Assembly: GCF_963921235.1 (NCBI RefSeq)
Contig: NC_086097.1
Span: 169,882,001 to 169,946,000, forward strand
Direction of reading: 5' to 3'
DNA length: 64,000 nucleotides
Origin: Mobula hypostoma
Taxonomy: Eukaryota
Shown: positions 49,438-62,200 of the stretch, piece after piece
Layout of the letters: the number at the start of each line of letters is the position of its first letter
How positions within the stretch are numbered: the first letter of the stretch is position 1
Notes under the pieces: generated by a model
Told to the model about the DNA's origin: nothing
Databases searched by the model: none
The model's input: only the letters and a program-made list of their open reading frames with translations
Program-made: the position numbers and the translations under genes

Positions 49438-51488
49438 AGAAAATAAAGCACAACCAGAATCACTTAGCACGGCATTTGCTGTTTTGTGGCAGCAGTACCG
49501 TGCAAAGACACACTTCTAAAAGAGTTGATGGGAAACCTGCAGATGGAGGTGTTCCTATGTGTCTGCTGTCAGAGGGCTTCTTAGTGGTCGAGGACATAGG
49601 TTTGTGAAGTTGAAAAGAACCCGGGTGAGTAATTTCAGTGCAGTTTGAAGACAGTGCACACAGCTGTTACTGAATGCATTATGATAGTGGATTGAGAGTG
49701 ACTCCTTCATGCCATACCCAGAAGCTCACTCAAGGTCAAGGACAGTCACTCTCATGTCATCTCTGGAGCTCCGCTCCTCGGACCAAGACAGAGAGGAAGT
49801 CTCGAGGCAATTGATCCTGACACAGCCCAAACTGAGCAGTCCAACTTCTGACCTCACAAAGGAAGGAACCATGATGCACTAGTTTTCAGGAATGAATTGT
49901 CTGCGTCACTTGCTGAATCTCCAGCAGTCCTCTTTATCCTGGATGATATCAGGATTTTCAAGGGAAATGAGAGGCATTGATAGAGAAGGCAGTCAGAATC
50001 TTTTTCACAGGGTAGAAATGGGAAAAACTAGAGGACATGCACTTAAGGGGAGAGGGAGTAAGTTTAAAGGAGATGTGCTGGGTAAACTTGGCAAATGATA
50101 ATGCCTTTGGGCACCACTAGAGCAGTGGTTAGCGTGACACTGTTACAGCTCAGAGTGTTCCAGAGTTCAGAGTTCAATTCCAGCACCATTCTGTTAGGAG
50201 TCTCTATACGCTCTCCTGTGGAATGCATGGGTTTTCCCTGGGTGCTCCTGTTTCCTTCCACAGTCCAAAGATGTACCAGGTGGGTTATATGGTCATTGTA
50301 AATTGTTGTTGTTGAGCCCACTAGGGGATCAGCTGTACTGGATTGGGTATTGTGTAATGAACCAGAGGTGATTAGAGAGATTGAGGTGAAGGAACCCTTA
50401 GGAGGCAGTGATCATAACATGATTGAGTTCACTGTGAAATTTGAAAAAGAGAAGCCAAGATCCGATGTGTCGGTATTTCAGTGGAGTAAAGGAAATTATA
50501 GTGGCATGAGAGAGGAACTAGCCAAAGCTGACTGGAAAGGGACACTGGCGGGAAGGACGGCAGAGCAGCAGTGGCTGGAGTTTATGCGAGAAGTGAGGAA
50601 GGTGCAAGACAGGTATATTCCAAAAAAGAAGAAATTTTTGAATGGAAAAAGGATGCAACCGTGGCTGACAAGAGAAGTCAAAGCCAAAGTTAAAGCAAAG
50701 GAGAGGGCATACAAGGAAGTAAAAATTAGTGGGAAGACAGAGGATTAGGAAGTTTTTAAAAGCTTACAAAAGGAAACTAAGAAGGTCATTAAGAGGGGAA
50801 AAGATGAACTATGAAAGGAAGCTAGCAAATAATATCAAAGAGGATACTAAAAGCTTTTTCAAGTATATAAAGAGTAAAAGACAGGTGAGAGTAGATATAG
50901 GACCGATAGAAAATGATGCTGGAGAAATTGTAATGGGAGATAAGGAGATGGCGGAGGAACCGAACAAGTATTTTGCATCAGTCTTCACTGAGGAAGACAT
51001 CAGCAGTATACCGGACACTCAAGGGTGGCAGGGAAGAGAAGTGTGTGCAGTCACAATTACGACAGAGAAAGTACTCAGGAAGCTGAATAGTCTAAAGGTA
51101 GATAAATCTCCTGGACCAGATGGAATGCACCCTCGTGTTCTGAAGGAAGTAGCTGTGGAGATTGCGGAGCCATTAGCAATGATCTTTCAAAAGTCGATAG
51201 ATTCTGGCATGGTTTTGGAGGACGGGAAGATTGCAAATGTCACTCCGCTATTTAAGAAGGGGGCAAGGAAGCAAAAAGGAAATTATAGACCTGTTAGCTT
51301 GACATTGGTGGTTGGGAAGTTGTTGGGAGTCGATTGTCAAGGATGAGGTTACAGAGTACCTGGAGGCATATGACAAGATAGGCAGAACTCAGCATTTCCT
51401 TAAAGGAAAATCCTGCCTGACAAACCTATTACAATTTTTTGAGGAAATTACAAGTAGGTTAGACAAGGGAGATGCAATGGATGTTGTA

Positions 51489-51734
51489 AACACAAAATAA
51501 TCTGCAGATGCTGTGATCAAAGCAACACTTTCAGTACGCTGGATGAACTCAGCAGGTCAGGCAGCATCAGTTAGAAACGATGAGTCGACGTTTCGGGCTG
51601 GAACCCTTTGTCAGGACTGAAGAATGAAAGATGGGGAAGGATTTGAAGAATACTTGTAGCTTCAGTTGAAAGACCAGTAATTTGAAAGACAAAGGGGTGG
51701 GGGAGGGGAAGCATTGATGTCATTGCCCTTGAAA
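51489..51734 (-). mobile_element. 246-bp Penelope terminal fragment with hammerhead motif
   Basis: Perfect 15-bp TSD GCAATGGATGTTGTA (51474-51488 / 51735-51749). Confidence 0.85.
51583..51618 (-). ncRNA. Minimal hammerhead ribozyme motif (G8 mutated)
   Basis: Minus strand reads AGTC-CTGACAA-AGGGTTCCAGCCC-GAAAC-GTC-GACT. Confidence 0.7.
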
Positions 51735-52146
51735 GCAATGGATGTTGTATATTTGGATTTTCAGAAGGCCTTTGACAAGGTGCCACACATGAGGCTACTT
51801 AACAAGATAAGAGCCCATGGAATTACGGGAAAGTTACATACGTGGATAGAGCATTGGCTGATTGGCAGTAAACAGAGTGGGAATAAAGGGATCCTATTCT
51901 GGTTGGCTGCCGGTTACCAGTGGTGTTCCACAGGGGTCCGTGTTGGGGCCTCTTCTTTTTACATTGTACATCAACGATTTGGATTATGGAATAGATGGCT
52001 TTGTGGCTAAGTTTGCTGATGATACGAAGATAGGTGGAGGGGCTGGTAGTGCTGAGGAAACAGAGAGTCTGCAGAGAGACTTGGATAGTTTGGAAGAATG
52101 GGCAAAGAAGTGGCGAATGAAATACGATGTTGGAAAGTGTATGATT

Positions 52147-52543
52147 GTGGGGATGGAACTGGACTCTCTCACGGTGGTGTCTGAACAGAGGATGCTGTCT
52201 AAGTTGCAGGCCATCTTGGTCAATGTCTCCCATCCACTACATAATGTACTGGGTAGGCATAGGAGTACATTCAGCCAGAGACTCATTCCACCAAGATGCA
52301 GCACAGAGCGTCATAGAAAGTCATTCCTGCCTGTGGCCATCAGACTTTACAACTCCTCCCTTGGAGGGTCAGACACCCTGAGCCAATAGGCTGGTCCTGG
52401 GCTTATTTCATAATTTACTGGCATAATTTACATATTACTATTTAACTATTTATGGTTCTATTACTATTTATTATTTGTAGTGCAACTGTAACGAAAACCA
52501 ATTTCCCCCGGGATCAATAAAGTATGACTATGACTATGTCTAT
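52147..52543 (+). mobile_element. Rex1-family 3' fragment inserted in CR1
   Basis: NVSHPLH...FSQRLIPPRCSTERHRKSFLPVAIRLYN; AATAAAG(TATGAC)n tail. Confidence 0.85.
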
Positions 52544-55133
52544 GTTATGCACTTTGGCAGAAGAAATAAACGGGCAGACTATTATTTAAATGGGGAGAGA
52601 ATTCAAAGTTCTGAGATGCAATGGGACTTGGGAGTCCTCGTACAGGATTCCCTTAAGGTTAACCTCCAGGTTGAGTCGGTAGTGAAGAAGGCGAATGCAA
52701 TGTTGGCATTCATTTCTAGAGGAATAGCGTATAGGAGCAGGGATGTGATGTTGAGGCTTTGTAAGGTGCTGGTGAGACCTCACTTGGAGTACTGTGGGCA
52801 GTTTTGGTCTCCTTATTTAAGAAAGGATGTGCTGACGTTGGAGAGGGTACAGAGAAGATTCACTAGAATGATTCCGGGAATGAGACGGTTAACATATGAG
52901 GAACATTTGTCTGCTCTTGGACTGTAGTCCTTGGAGTTTAGAAGAATGAGGGGGGACCTTATAGAAACATTATGAATGTTGTAAGGCATAGACAGAGTGG
53001 ATGTGGCAAAGTTGTTTCCCATGATGGGGGAGTCTAGTATGAGAGGGCATGACTTAAGGATTGAAGGGCGCCTATTCAGAACAGAAATGCAAAGAAATTT
53101 TTTTAGTCAGAGGGTGGTGAATTTATGGAATTTGTTGCCACGGGCAGCAGTGGAGGCCAAGTCATTGGGTGTTTTTAAGGTAGAGATTGATAGGTATCTG
53201 AGTAGCCAGGGCATCAAAGGTTATGGTGAGAAGGCGGGGGAGTGGGACTAAATGGGAGAATGGATCAGCTCATGATAAAATGGCAGAGCAGACTCGATGG
53301 GCTGAATGGCTGACTTCTGCTCCTTGGTCTTATGGTCTAAATTGTCCCGTGATTAGGCTATGGTTAATCGGAGTTGAGGGGTTGCTGGATGATGTGACTC
53401 AAGGGGCTGGAAGAGCTTACTCCGGACTGAAGGTGACTCAGAATAAAAGGCCTGTTCAACATTTCACATGGATGGAGTTAAGATTATTACCACAAGAGGC
53501 TGCAGAGGTTTGTAGATGCAGCCAGTTCTATCACAGGCAACAACCCTCCACACCACCAAGGCGGTGTCTCAAGAAGGCAGCATCCATCATTAAGGATCCT
53601 CACCATCCATGACATGCCCTCATCTCATTCCTACCATCAGGGAGGAGATACAGGAACCCGAAGATCAATACTCGACAATTCATAAACAGTTTCTTCCACT
53701 GCGCCATCAGATTTCTGAATGGCCCATGAACACGACCTTGTTATTTGTCTTTTCCACGACTTAGTTATTTTGCAACTTAGTTATTTTTATATCTGACACT
53801 GTATTGTTGCCACAAAATAACAAATTTCAGCACAAATGCCCATGATAATAAGCCTGATTCATATTCTGCCTTGCATCCAGGTAATTCTGTCTGTGTCGAG
53901 ATGTTGGTGGGGGACATGCTGACACACATTTCTGTGCAGTGAGGCCCAGTCCAAGAAATGAAGCCTTATCCGGGGCAGCACACTGGTGGAGTGAGTAGAA
54001 CAGCTGCCCCTCACACCAGTGATGGACCTCGTCCATCATGTCCTCAGATGCTGTCTATGCGCCGTTTTCACATCCTCCCCATTCTCCGAGTGTTCTGGTA
54101 CTCTTTCACATCCCAAAAGTGAGCAGGTCGAGTCGCCTCCTGTGCATAGGGAAGTGAGTGGCAGAACCTGGGGAGAGTTGATGGAATACTGAGAGAATAA
54201 AATAGGATCAACGTAGGATTATCTGAAACACGCTTCTGGGGGAAGTCAGTGGGTCTCAGGCAGCCGGTTTGTTTTATTTTGCTCCAGATTCTAGCATCTG
54301 CATTCTCTTGTGACTCTGGGATTAATTTAAAACAAGAGGTCTATAGTCAGCACGGACTCAGTCAGCCAAAGGGGCTGTTTTTATGGCACATGACTGCTTG
54401 AGTCTAAAATCTGGGCTGCCACATCTTTTGGAGATGCTGCCTGTCTGATATTCATCAAATTGAGGGTTCATCCGTCCTGGTCCCCACATCCCAGTCCACT
54501 ATTCTGGAGAAGACCAGCGAGTTTTTACTTAGTCCACATCTGTGTCATGGCCTGCACTGAGATTCAGAATCAGGTTTAATATCCTGGCATATGTCACGAA
54601 ATTTGTTGTTTTGTGGCAGCAGTACATTGCAACACGAAGTAATAAAATCTATAAATTATAGAAAGTATATAAAAAGAAATAAAATAAATAAAAAGGTACA
54701 AAGGTACATCTATTATCAAGTATGTACGCAGTGTACAACTCTGAGACAGCCACAAAACAAAGAAAACCATGGTAGCTGTACAAAGAAAAACACCAACCTC
54801 TTCCCCCCAACACAAAACAAAACTAATCTCGCAAATGGCAAGAAGAACAACCTCCCACTGTAAAAAAAACGCAAATGGCAGCAACAACATTAAACCCTAA
54901 ACACCCCTCACGTAAAAAAAACTAACAAATCTCACAGATTACAAGAAAGAATGGGTGAAAACACAGAATATAAAAACATAAAATTGAAAAAGTCTAACTT
55001 GAACTATAGTCCATCCATAAATCACAGAACTTCTGGAATATCCTCTGACATCATCTAGGGAGAGACAACATGAATGCAGAGGACTACCCTTGGGGACAAT
55101 GAGCAAGGCATCGGTCACATACAGACAACTTCT

Positions 55134-55196
55134 CCGACAGCACTGAGTGAGAATCCGACAGCACTGAGTGAGAATACGACAGCAGTGAGCGAGAAT
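55134..55196 (+). repeat. 21-bp minisatellite, three units
   Basis: CCGACAGCACTGAGTGAGAAT units in head-to-tail array, with a fourth partial copy at ~55219. Confidence 0.85.
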
Positions 55197-55574
55197 CTGT
55201 CACACACAGCCACCTAGTCCGACAGCAGTGAATGAGAGGCAGGTAGATAGTGCTGTATACTTGTTCATCTTCCACATTGGCCTCTTGTTTCAATCTTTCT
55301 CTGCACCTTAATTGGTGAAATTGATGAGAAACAAAGTTGATTGTGGGCTCGCGCCCCATCTTGAAGCTTCTTCGCCTCAAGGTTGTTCACCTCCTGGAAC
55401 CTTGGAGACAGCAAAGCACTAGATCACTCAATTAATCTTCAAATAGTAGATCACAGGCTCTAACAGAACCAGAACACAATTAAAGTGAAAGAAGGTGTAG
55501 AAGAAGTGAAATTAACAGTTCCGTGGACTATCTGGACAGTGTTGCCTGACGAAATGTAGTTTGCTGGGTCCATC

Positions 55575-57080
55575 TGGACCAGAAGTGCAAAAAGAAAGGG
55601 AAATAATTCTGAGGGAGTGTTTATGGGTTCATTGTCCATTCAGAAATCTGATCATGGGATGGGGTGGGGGGGGGGGGGAAGTAGCTGTTCCTGAAACATT
55701 GAGTACGTGTCTTCAAGCTCCTGTACCTCCTCCTTGTTGGTAGCAACGAGGTGAGGGCACGTCCTGGGTGATGGGGGTCCTTAATGGTGGATGCTGCCTT
55801 TTTGAGGCATTGCTATTTGAAGGTGCCCTAGATGCTGGGGAGGCTCGTGCCAATGATGGAGCTGGCTGAGTTTACAACTTTCTGCAACTTTTTCCAATCC
55901 TGGCAGTTGGCCCCCTCCATGCCAAATGATGGTGCAACCGATTAGAATGCTCTCATAGTATATCTGTTCAAATCTGCAATTCTTTGGTGACATACCAATT
56001 CTCCTCAAACTCTTATCGAAATGTATCCACTGTCATGCCTTCTTTGTAATTGCATCAACTGGTTGGACCTCAGAGATGATGACACTCAGGAACTCAAAAC
56101 TACCCACCTTTTCCACTTCTGATCCTTCAGTGAGGACTGGAGCGTGTTCCCTTGACTTACCCTTCCTGAAGTCCACCATCAATTCTTTGGTCTTATTGAC
56201 ACTGAGTGCAAAGTTGTTTCTGTGACAGCACTCAACCAACTGATCTATTTTGCTCCTGTACGCCTCCTCGTCACCATCTAAAATTCTGCCAGCAAGAGTT
56301 GTGTCATCAGCATATTTATAGATGGTGTTTCAGCTGTGCCTAGTCACACAGTTGTGGGTGTAGAGAGAGTTGAGCAGTAGGTGTAGCTCGCATCGTTGAG
56401 GTGTGCCAGTGTTGACTGTCAGCGACGATGAGATATTATTTCTGATCCACACAGACTGTTGCAGAGAGAGGTACAAAGGCCCAGGTTTTGCAGTTTTCTA
56501 TTTGGACGGAGGGTGTGTTTGTGTTAAATGCTGAGTGTAGACAATAAACAGCAGTCTGATGTAAGTATTACTACTGTCCAGATGATCCAAGGCCACATGA
56601 AGAACCAGTGAGATTGCATCCACTGTGGACCTGTTGTGGTGATAGGCAAATTGCAGCAGGTCCAGGCTCTTGCTTAGGCAGGAGTTGATCCTAGCCAAGA
56701 CCAACCCTCTCAAAGCACCTTATCACAGTAGATGTGAGTCATTGAGGTAGCTCACCCTGCTGATTGTCAGCTTTGTGAAGCAGGTGGGAATCTCCAACTA
56801 CAACAGTGAGAGACTGAAGATGTGTTTGACCTCTCTTGCCAGTTGGTTGGCACAGGTTTTCAGAGCCCTACCTGGTACAGCATTGGGGCCTGTCGTCTTG
56901 CAAGGATTCAATCTCTTGACAGATGTTCTGACATTGGCCTCTGAGACAGAGATCACAGTGTGTCCAGAAGCTGCAGGGATTCACATAAACGTTGTTTTAT
57001 TCTGCTTTTCAAAACATGCATAAAAGGCATTGAGCTCATCTGGGAGTGAAGCATCTCAGCTATTAATGATGTTAGGTTTC
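55575..57080 (-). mobile_element. Rex1/Babar LINE RT fragment
   Basis: LQFAYHHNRSTVDAI...YIRLLFI, LSVNKTKELMVDFRK, ESILIGCTIIWHG. Confidence 0.88.
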
Positions 57081-57875
57081 ACTAAAACACATGTCACATG
57101 ACAGTCTCTAGGAGAAGATTGGGCACAGAGATACCTACAAAGCAAGAAATCAAACAACATTGTATGTTGTAAAGGAATTACTGTGGTGCTTTAAATAGAA
57201 ACCTTTTCAAAGATATTAGATGTAATATAGCACATCATGTTCTGATAGCAAGTACCAAATTAATATGGTAGCACAGTTCACCAGAATGTTGCCTGGGATG
57301 GAGTTTTTCAGTCATTCTCGCTTCTCTTCCCCTCCCATCAGGCAGAAGATACAAAAGCCTCGAAGATCACCAGGATCAAGGACAGCTTCTATCCCACTGT
57401 TATAAGACTATTGTACCCTTGTACGATAAGATGGACTCTTGACCTCGCATTCTACCTCATCGTGGCCTTGTACCTGTTGTCTGCCTGCATCTTCAGAATT
57501 CAGAATATAACACTTCCCTGGAATGTTGTATTCTGCCTTCTGTTATTGTTTTCCATTGTACCAACTCAATGCACTGGTGTGATGAAATGATCTGTCTGGA
57601 TGACATGTAAAACAGAGTTTCTCACTGTATCTTGGAAATCTGTAGATCTGTAGAAGTCTTTCATTTGTAGATTTTATCCTTACCTGCATAAATTATCATG
57701 TGTTATGTATACTATTGTGCTTTACGCCCTGGTTCAGAAAAACGTTGTCTCATTTCTATATACATTATATGGTTATATACATTATATACATGTATATAGT
57801 TAAATGACAATAAACTTGATTTGAAATGGCTAATGCAAGGGGGCCTAAATTTATGGTGATTAGAGGGAAGTATAG

Positions 57876-58743
57876 AAACCATAGAAAAACTACAGCACAG
57901 AAACAGGCCTTTTGGCCCTTCTTGGTTGTGCCGAACCATTTTCTGCCTCGTCCCACTGATCTGCACACGGACCATACCCCTCCATACACCTCCCATCCAT
58001 GTATCTGTCCAATTTATTCTTAAATGTTAAAAAAGAACCCACATTTACCACCTCGTCTGGCAGCTCATTCCATACTCCCACCACTCTCTGTGTGAAGAAG
58101 CCCCCCCTAATGTTCCCTTTAAACTTTTCCCCCCCTCACCCTTAACCCATGTCCTCTGGTTTTTTTCTCCCCTTGCCTCAGTGGAAAAAGCCTGCTTGCA
58201 TTCACTCTATCTATACCCATCATAATTTTATATATCTCTATCAAATCTCCCCTCATTCTTCTATGCTCCAGGGAATAAAGTCCTAAGCTATTCAACAAGT
58301 TTCTCAAGTCCCGGCAACATCCTTGTAAACCTTCTCTGCACTCTTTCAACCTTATTTATATCCTTCCTGTAATTTGGTGACCAAAACTGAACACAATACT
58401 CCAGATTCGGCCTCACCAATGCCTTATACAACCTCATCATAACATTCCAGCTCTTATACTCAATATTTTGTTTAATAAAGGCCAATGTACCAAAAGCTCT
58501 CTTTACGACCCCATCTACCTGTGACGCCACTTTTAGGGAATTTTGTATCTGTATTCCCAGATCCCTCTGTTCCACTGCACTCCTCAGTGCCTTACCATTA
58601 ACCCTGTATGTTCTACCTTGGTTTGTCCTTCCAACGTGCAATACCTCACACTTGCCTGTATTAAACTCCATCTGCCATTTTTCAGCCCATTTTTCCAGCT
58701 GGTCCAAGTTCCTCTGCAGGCTCTGAAAACCTTCCTCACTGTC
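57876..58743 (-). mobile_element. CR1 3' fragment nested in older plus-strand CR1 fragments (~57825-59290)
   Basis: WQMEFNTGKCEVLH, LVRPNLEYCVQFWSP; flanked by TATAG at 57871-57875 and 58744-58748. Confidence 0.9.
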
Positions 58744-59354
58744 TATAGGTGGGATGTTGGAGGCAAGTTCTTTACACAGAGAGTGGTGGTTGCAGGAATG
58801 CCCTACCAGGAATAGTGTTGAAAGGACCAGATAGGGGGGATGTGGAGAGGATGTTGGCTATGGTGGAGGTATCCAGAACTAGACGGAGCCGCCTCAAAAC
58901 TGAGGGGTAAAGAGGAATTTTTTTAGCTAGCGAGTAATAAATCTGTGGAATGCTGTGCCACAGACTGCGGTGGAGACCAAGTCTGTGGGTATATTTAAGG
59001 CGGAAGTTGATCATTTCCTGGTCAGTCAGGACATCAAAGTATGCGGCGAGAAGGCAAGGTGTATGAGGTTGAGTGGGATCCGGGATCAGTCATGATGGAA
59101 TGGTGGAGCAGACTCAATGGGCTGAATGGATTAATTCTAGTCCTATGTTTTATGATCTTATAGAGGCATTTAAATAGGCACGTGAATGATAGAAAAATGG
59201 AGGGCCATGTAGCAGGGAAAGGTTAGGTTGATCTTAGAGTAATTTTAGAAGTGGACCAAAGAGCATACACTGTGCTGCAATGTTCAATGTTCTACGTGGC
59301 ATTAAAAAAAACTTTTATCAAAAAAGCAAGGGAGTGAGACTAGATTTGCTTTAA

Positions 59355-59745
59355 ATGAAGTGGGGGAGATTGAGGGGGAATCTAATAGAGATATACACAT
59401 TTACGAGGGGCACATACAGAGTGGACAGTAGTAAAGGTTCCCCATTGCAGAGGTGCCCATAACCAGAGGGCTTAGGTTTAAGGCAAGAAGTGAAAGGTTT
59501 AGAAAGAAACCAAGGAAGAATTCTTTCAGCCAGAGGATGGTTGGAGTTTCGAATGCACTGCTTGACAGGGTGATGGATGCAGAGACTCTTACAAGATTTA
59601 AGAAATATCTAGATGGGAACTTGAATTACCAAAGCATAGAAGGCTACGGATCAAGTTCTGGTGAAGTGGGATTAACATGGATGGATACACAAAGTCAGCG
59701 TGGAACACAGCGGCTGTAAGGTCTGTTTCTGTGCTCTATGACTCA
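59355..59745 (+). mobile_element. Old CR1 3' fragment
   Basis: TRGLRFK...FSQRMVGV...FKKYLD...IEGYG. Confidence 0.7.
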
Positions 59746-61984
59746 ATGGTAATCTCTAAACTTTCACCTTTATGGGAGCTTGCAGTGTGCAGATTAGTGA
59801 CACAAAAACATTCGGAGGATTCTGCAACTCTTGAGCAGGACAAACAAAATGCTGGAGGAACTCAGCAAGACAGGGAGCATCTGTGGAGGGGAATAAACAG
59901 TCGACGTTTTGAGCTAAGACTCTTCATAGTTTATCTTTAAACTGCAGAGTATCTCCAACCTTTCCTGTTATCACTTAATCTTTTCAAGGTGTTTTATAGT
60001 ATAGCCCATAGTTTGAATTGTGGAATTAGTGCTTAACTTAACTGCAACTGACCAGGTATTGTTTAATCTCAACATAATTCTTGTTTGCACCAAGGGTACT
60101 GGTGGATCAGACACAGGATGAGTATTATGAACCACCAGGACAAGATAGAAAGAACTGCTTGGTCTGTTTGGGCTAAGCAGCCATGAAGCTTCTGCGTACT
60201 CAGCTGGTCTCTGCTCAAAGGCAGAATTTACATTGAGTTGATGCTCGAGTGTCAGTTTCTCAGTATGGTGGGGGTTCAGAAAAAAGCCCTACTCATCACC
60301 CCCACATCTCTTTTACACAGAGAGCAGTGGGTGGCTGGAATTTGCAGCCAGCAGTGATAGTGGGGGCATTGACATACAAGAGAGGTATTTAGTAGATCCT
60401 TAGATAAGCACGTGGATGGGTAGACAATGAGGGATATTGATTGTATAGGCAGAAACAAGCAGTTTAATTAATTCAGCACAACTGCGGGCCAAAGGGCGCG
60501 TCCCTGTGCTGTAGTGTAATATTGTTATAATCTGTAAAAACCTGTGAAAAAAGTCATCTCAACTGCTCTCCCCGGCATAGATGGCTGTTAAAGCCATTTT
60601 AAAAACCTTAATTGTCTCTGAATGTCATTCCAAAAAATAATCAGACTAGCGCAACACTTAAAAATTAGAAGCAGCTAAAATATTAAAAAATCTGAAATAA
60701 TGTATAATAAATAAGCACTGGCTTTGTCTTTGGCAATTGTTCCTTTCTAACCAGATGAATGGATTGGCCAAGGTGGTATCAAGTCAAACCTGGTGCAGGG
60801 TTCTGGGTAATGTCCTCTGTTCTGGGGAATCCGCAAATCTTGATCCATTCCCGAAGGATCATATCAGCTGTGATTTAGTAGGTGGTGCAGCTGTCTCTCG
60901 GAAAGAATTGAACCCCCATTCGAGAGCCTGGAGGACAAAACTCATGGTATTACTGAGGGAGTGTTGAGCTGTTGATAGTTTTACCTCCTGAGATCAGTTT
61001 ATGGTCTAGACTGGATGAAGAAATAACACAGCAAAGAGTAGATGTGTTCTTTTTGGCATCCTGACTTATCTTTATTTTTCAGTCAATATCACTGATACCA
61101 ATTACCTGTCTAATCTCACAGCGCTAGTTTTGGGAACTTACTGTGGATATGGTGTTTCCTGCACTATTAATATTAATGGCAATTATGCTTCAGAAAGTTC
61201 CTGGAGTACTGTGGATGTCGGAGGCACAATTAGCAGAGCTGCTGTCTCACAGTGCCAGAACTTTGGGTCCAATCCTGACCTCGGGTGCTGCCTGCATGTT
61301 CTTCCTCTGAATGCATGGCCTTCCTCCCACATCTCAGAAGCATGCCCCCTGGTAGATTCATTTGCTATAAGTTGACGAAATGTTTTAGGTGCATGGTAGA
61401 ACCTGAAGGGAGTTGTGGGGACATGAGGGGAACTGATAGCAGGAAAATCATTGGAAGGCTGGAAATGGTGGAACTGATCTAAGAGCTAGCATGTAATAGT
61501 TGGACCGAATGGACTACCTTTTACATGAAGAAGAAGTATAAGAAATTGAAATATAGTGAAGTATGATACAAAGTGAGGGAAGCAGATCCATATTATTTAT
61601 CTATTAATTGAGTCAGAGCACAGAAAAGGCCCTTCCAGCTCTTTGAGCTAGGCTGCCCAGCCACCCCGAAGTTAACCCTAGCTTAATCATGGGACAATTT
61701 AGAATGACTAATTAACCTACTAACTGGTATGTCTTTGGACTGTGGGAGGAAACTGAAGCAACAGAGAAAACCCACACATCCTACAGACAAGAAACCAGGT
61801 CAAATTTAGCAGCCTTTCTATAACCAATCATGCTGTTGCAACTAAGAGGACAAATTTCTGATGAAAGCTGAACTCTGTTTCTCTCCCCACAGATGCTGCC
61901 TGGCTTGCTGAGTATTCCCAGAATTATTTTAATTTCTAAGCCACATTAACCCTCTACTTCTGAAACTGAGTCCACTCATAAAGG

Positions 61985-62200
61985 AGAGAAAATCTGCAGA
62001 TGCTGGAAATCCAGAGCAACACACAGAAAATGCTGGAGGAACTCAGCAGGCCAGGCAGCATCCATGGAAAAGAGTACAGTTGATGTTTCAGGCTGAGACC
62101 CTTCTGTCCTGCTGAAGGGTCTCAGCACAAAACATTGACTACTCCATTCCGTAGATGCTGCCTGGCCTGCTGAGTTCCTCCAGCGTTTTGTGAGTGTTAC
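61985..62200. repeat. Fold-back pair of Penelope terminal repeats with central hammerhead remnants
   Basis: Arms 62016-62104 and 62114-62200 are reverse complements (GCTGGAGGAACTCAGCAGGCCAGGCAGCATC / GATGCTGCCTGGCCTGCTGAGTTCCTCCAGC; CTGAGACCCTTC / GAAGGGTCTCAG). Confidence 0.85.

Larger units (their letters stand above)
50307..53337 (+). mobile_element. CR1 LINE (end of APE plus RT), inserted in a V-SINE-like element and carrying two insertions
   Basis: LGGSDHNMI, KSPGPDGMHPRVLKE, GNYRPVSLT, KFADDTK. TSD TAAATTGT (50299-50306 / 53338-53345). Confidence 0.92.

Noticed and set aside
51862..52389. 175-aa ORF as a novel fusion protein
   Set aside because: It is a chance in-frame junction of CR1 RT and an inserted Rex1 tail, and the host CR1 is disrupted upstream.
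55134..55235. Short repeats that could resemble a CRISPR array
   Set aside because: The units are head-to-tail without unique spacers, there are no cas genes, and the context is eukaryotic. It is a minisatellite.
60755..60806. Possible 52-bp plus-strand exon (AG...GT)
   Set aside because: Splice-like dinucleotides only; no recognisable peptide.
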